Part shown: in pieces, positions 63,677-64,000 of the stretch
Layout of the letters: every line of letters begins with the position of its first letter
Position numbering within the stretch: position 1 is the first letter of the stretch
From: Trichosphaerium sp. ATCC 40318
Lineage: Eukaryota; Protista; Tubulinea
Assembly: GCA_038496445.1 (NCBI GenBank)
Contig: JALMLS010000446.1
Location: forward strand, 79,056-143,055
Length of the DNA: 64,000 bases
Direction: 5' to 3'
Notes under the pieces: generated by a model
What the model was told of the DNA's origin: nothing
Databases searched by the model: none
What the model saw: only the letters and a program-made list of their open reading frames with translations
Position numbers and translations under genes: made by a program

Positions 63677-64000
63677 CACGCATAGTGAATCTTTGTACAA
63701 CAACCACTAAACACTAGATTTTAAACAAACAAAATATGCCCAAAAATACACCCCTGAACGATTCCTATCAATGTAAAATATTCCCCCTTTGTACAGTGTA
63801 AAATAAATACTGTCTTGTTACTGTAACGACCTGTATCTCGGTGACTCTGATTAATCTCACAACCCGACGGAGAAGATTAAGTCCGACTTGCCTTTTTTCC
63901 GTTCAGTCAGATTTTTTGACACTTTAGAGGGAATGCTGTGAAAGGTGCCCAACATGATAAACGCTCAACTACAGGTGAGTTTAGAGAGCTATCAGTGGAA

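Noticed and set aside
1-64000. Alternative genetic code or stop readthrough suggested by fragmented ORFs
   Set aside because: Stops are removed by introns, and genes end on TAA, TAG and TGA. Most short ORFs in the track are antisense or intron read-through artefacts.

Overview
AT-rich, gene-dense eukaryotic genomic DNA with many short spliceosomal introns (mostly about 40-140 nt; donors commonly GTACGT/GTAAGT/GTATGT, acceptors YAG/AAG). The ORF track therefore shows mostly exon fragments and antisense noise. Gene content (family C and Frizzled-like GPCRs, RasGEF, Rac, Hsp33, RI-type LRR) suggests an amoeboid protist, probably an amoebozoan; this is inference. About 28 genes were reconstructed by hand, and their exon structures are manual predictions. 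Highlights: (1) two paralogous genes with a Trp-rich repeat of about 70 aa fused to a RAP/Vsr-like PD-(D/E)XK domain, with presequence-like N-termini; (2) six F-box-like genes (4 MORN-variant, 2 LRR) whose repeats sit in single long exons, mostly behind a tiny first exon, reminiscent of giant-virus repeat genes; (3) at least seven GC-AG introns plus one U12-type intron; (4) strong CACGTG enrichment; (5) a Rac with natural G12V and degenerate switch regions; (6) a globin-PH fusion; (7) an intergenic 36-bp inverted repeat. No rRNA, tRNA, CRISPR or recognisable transposase was found.
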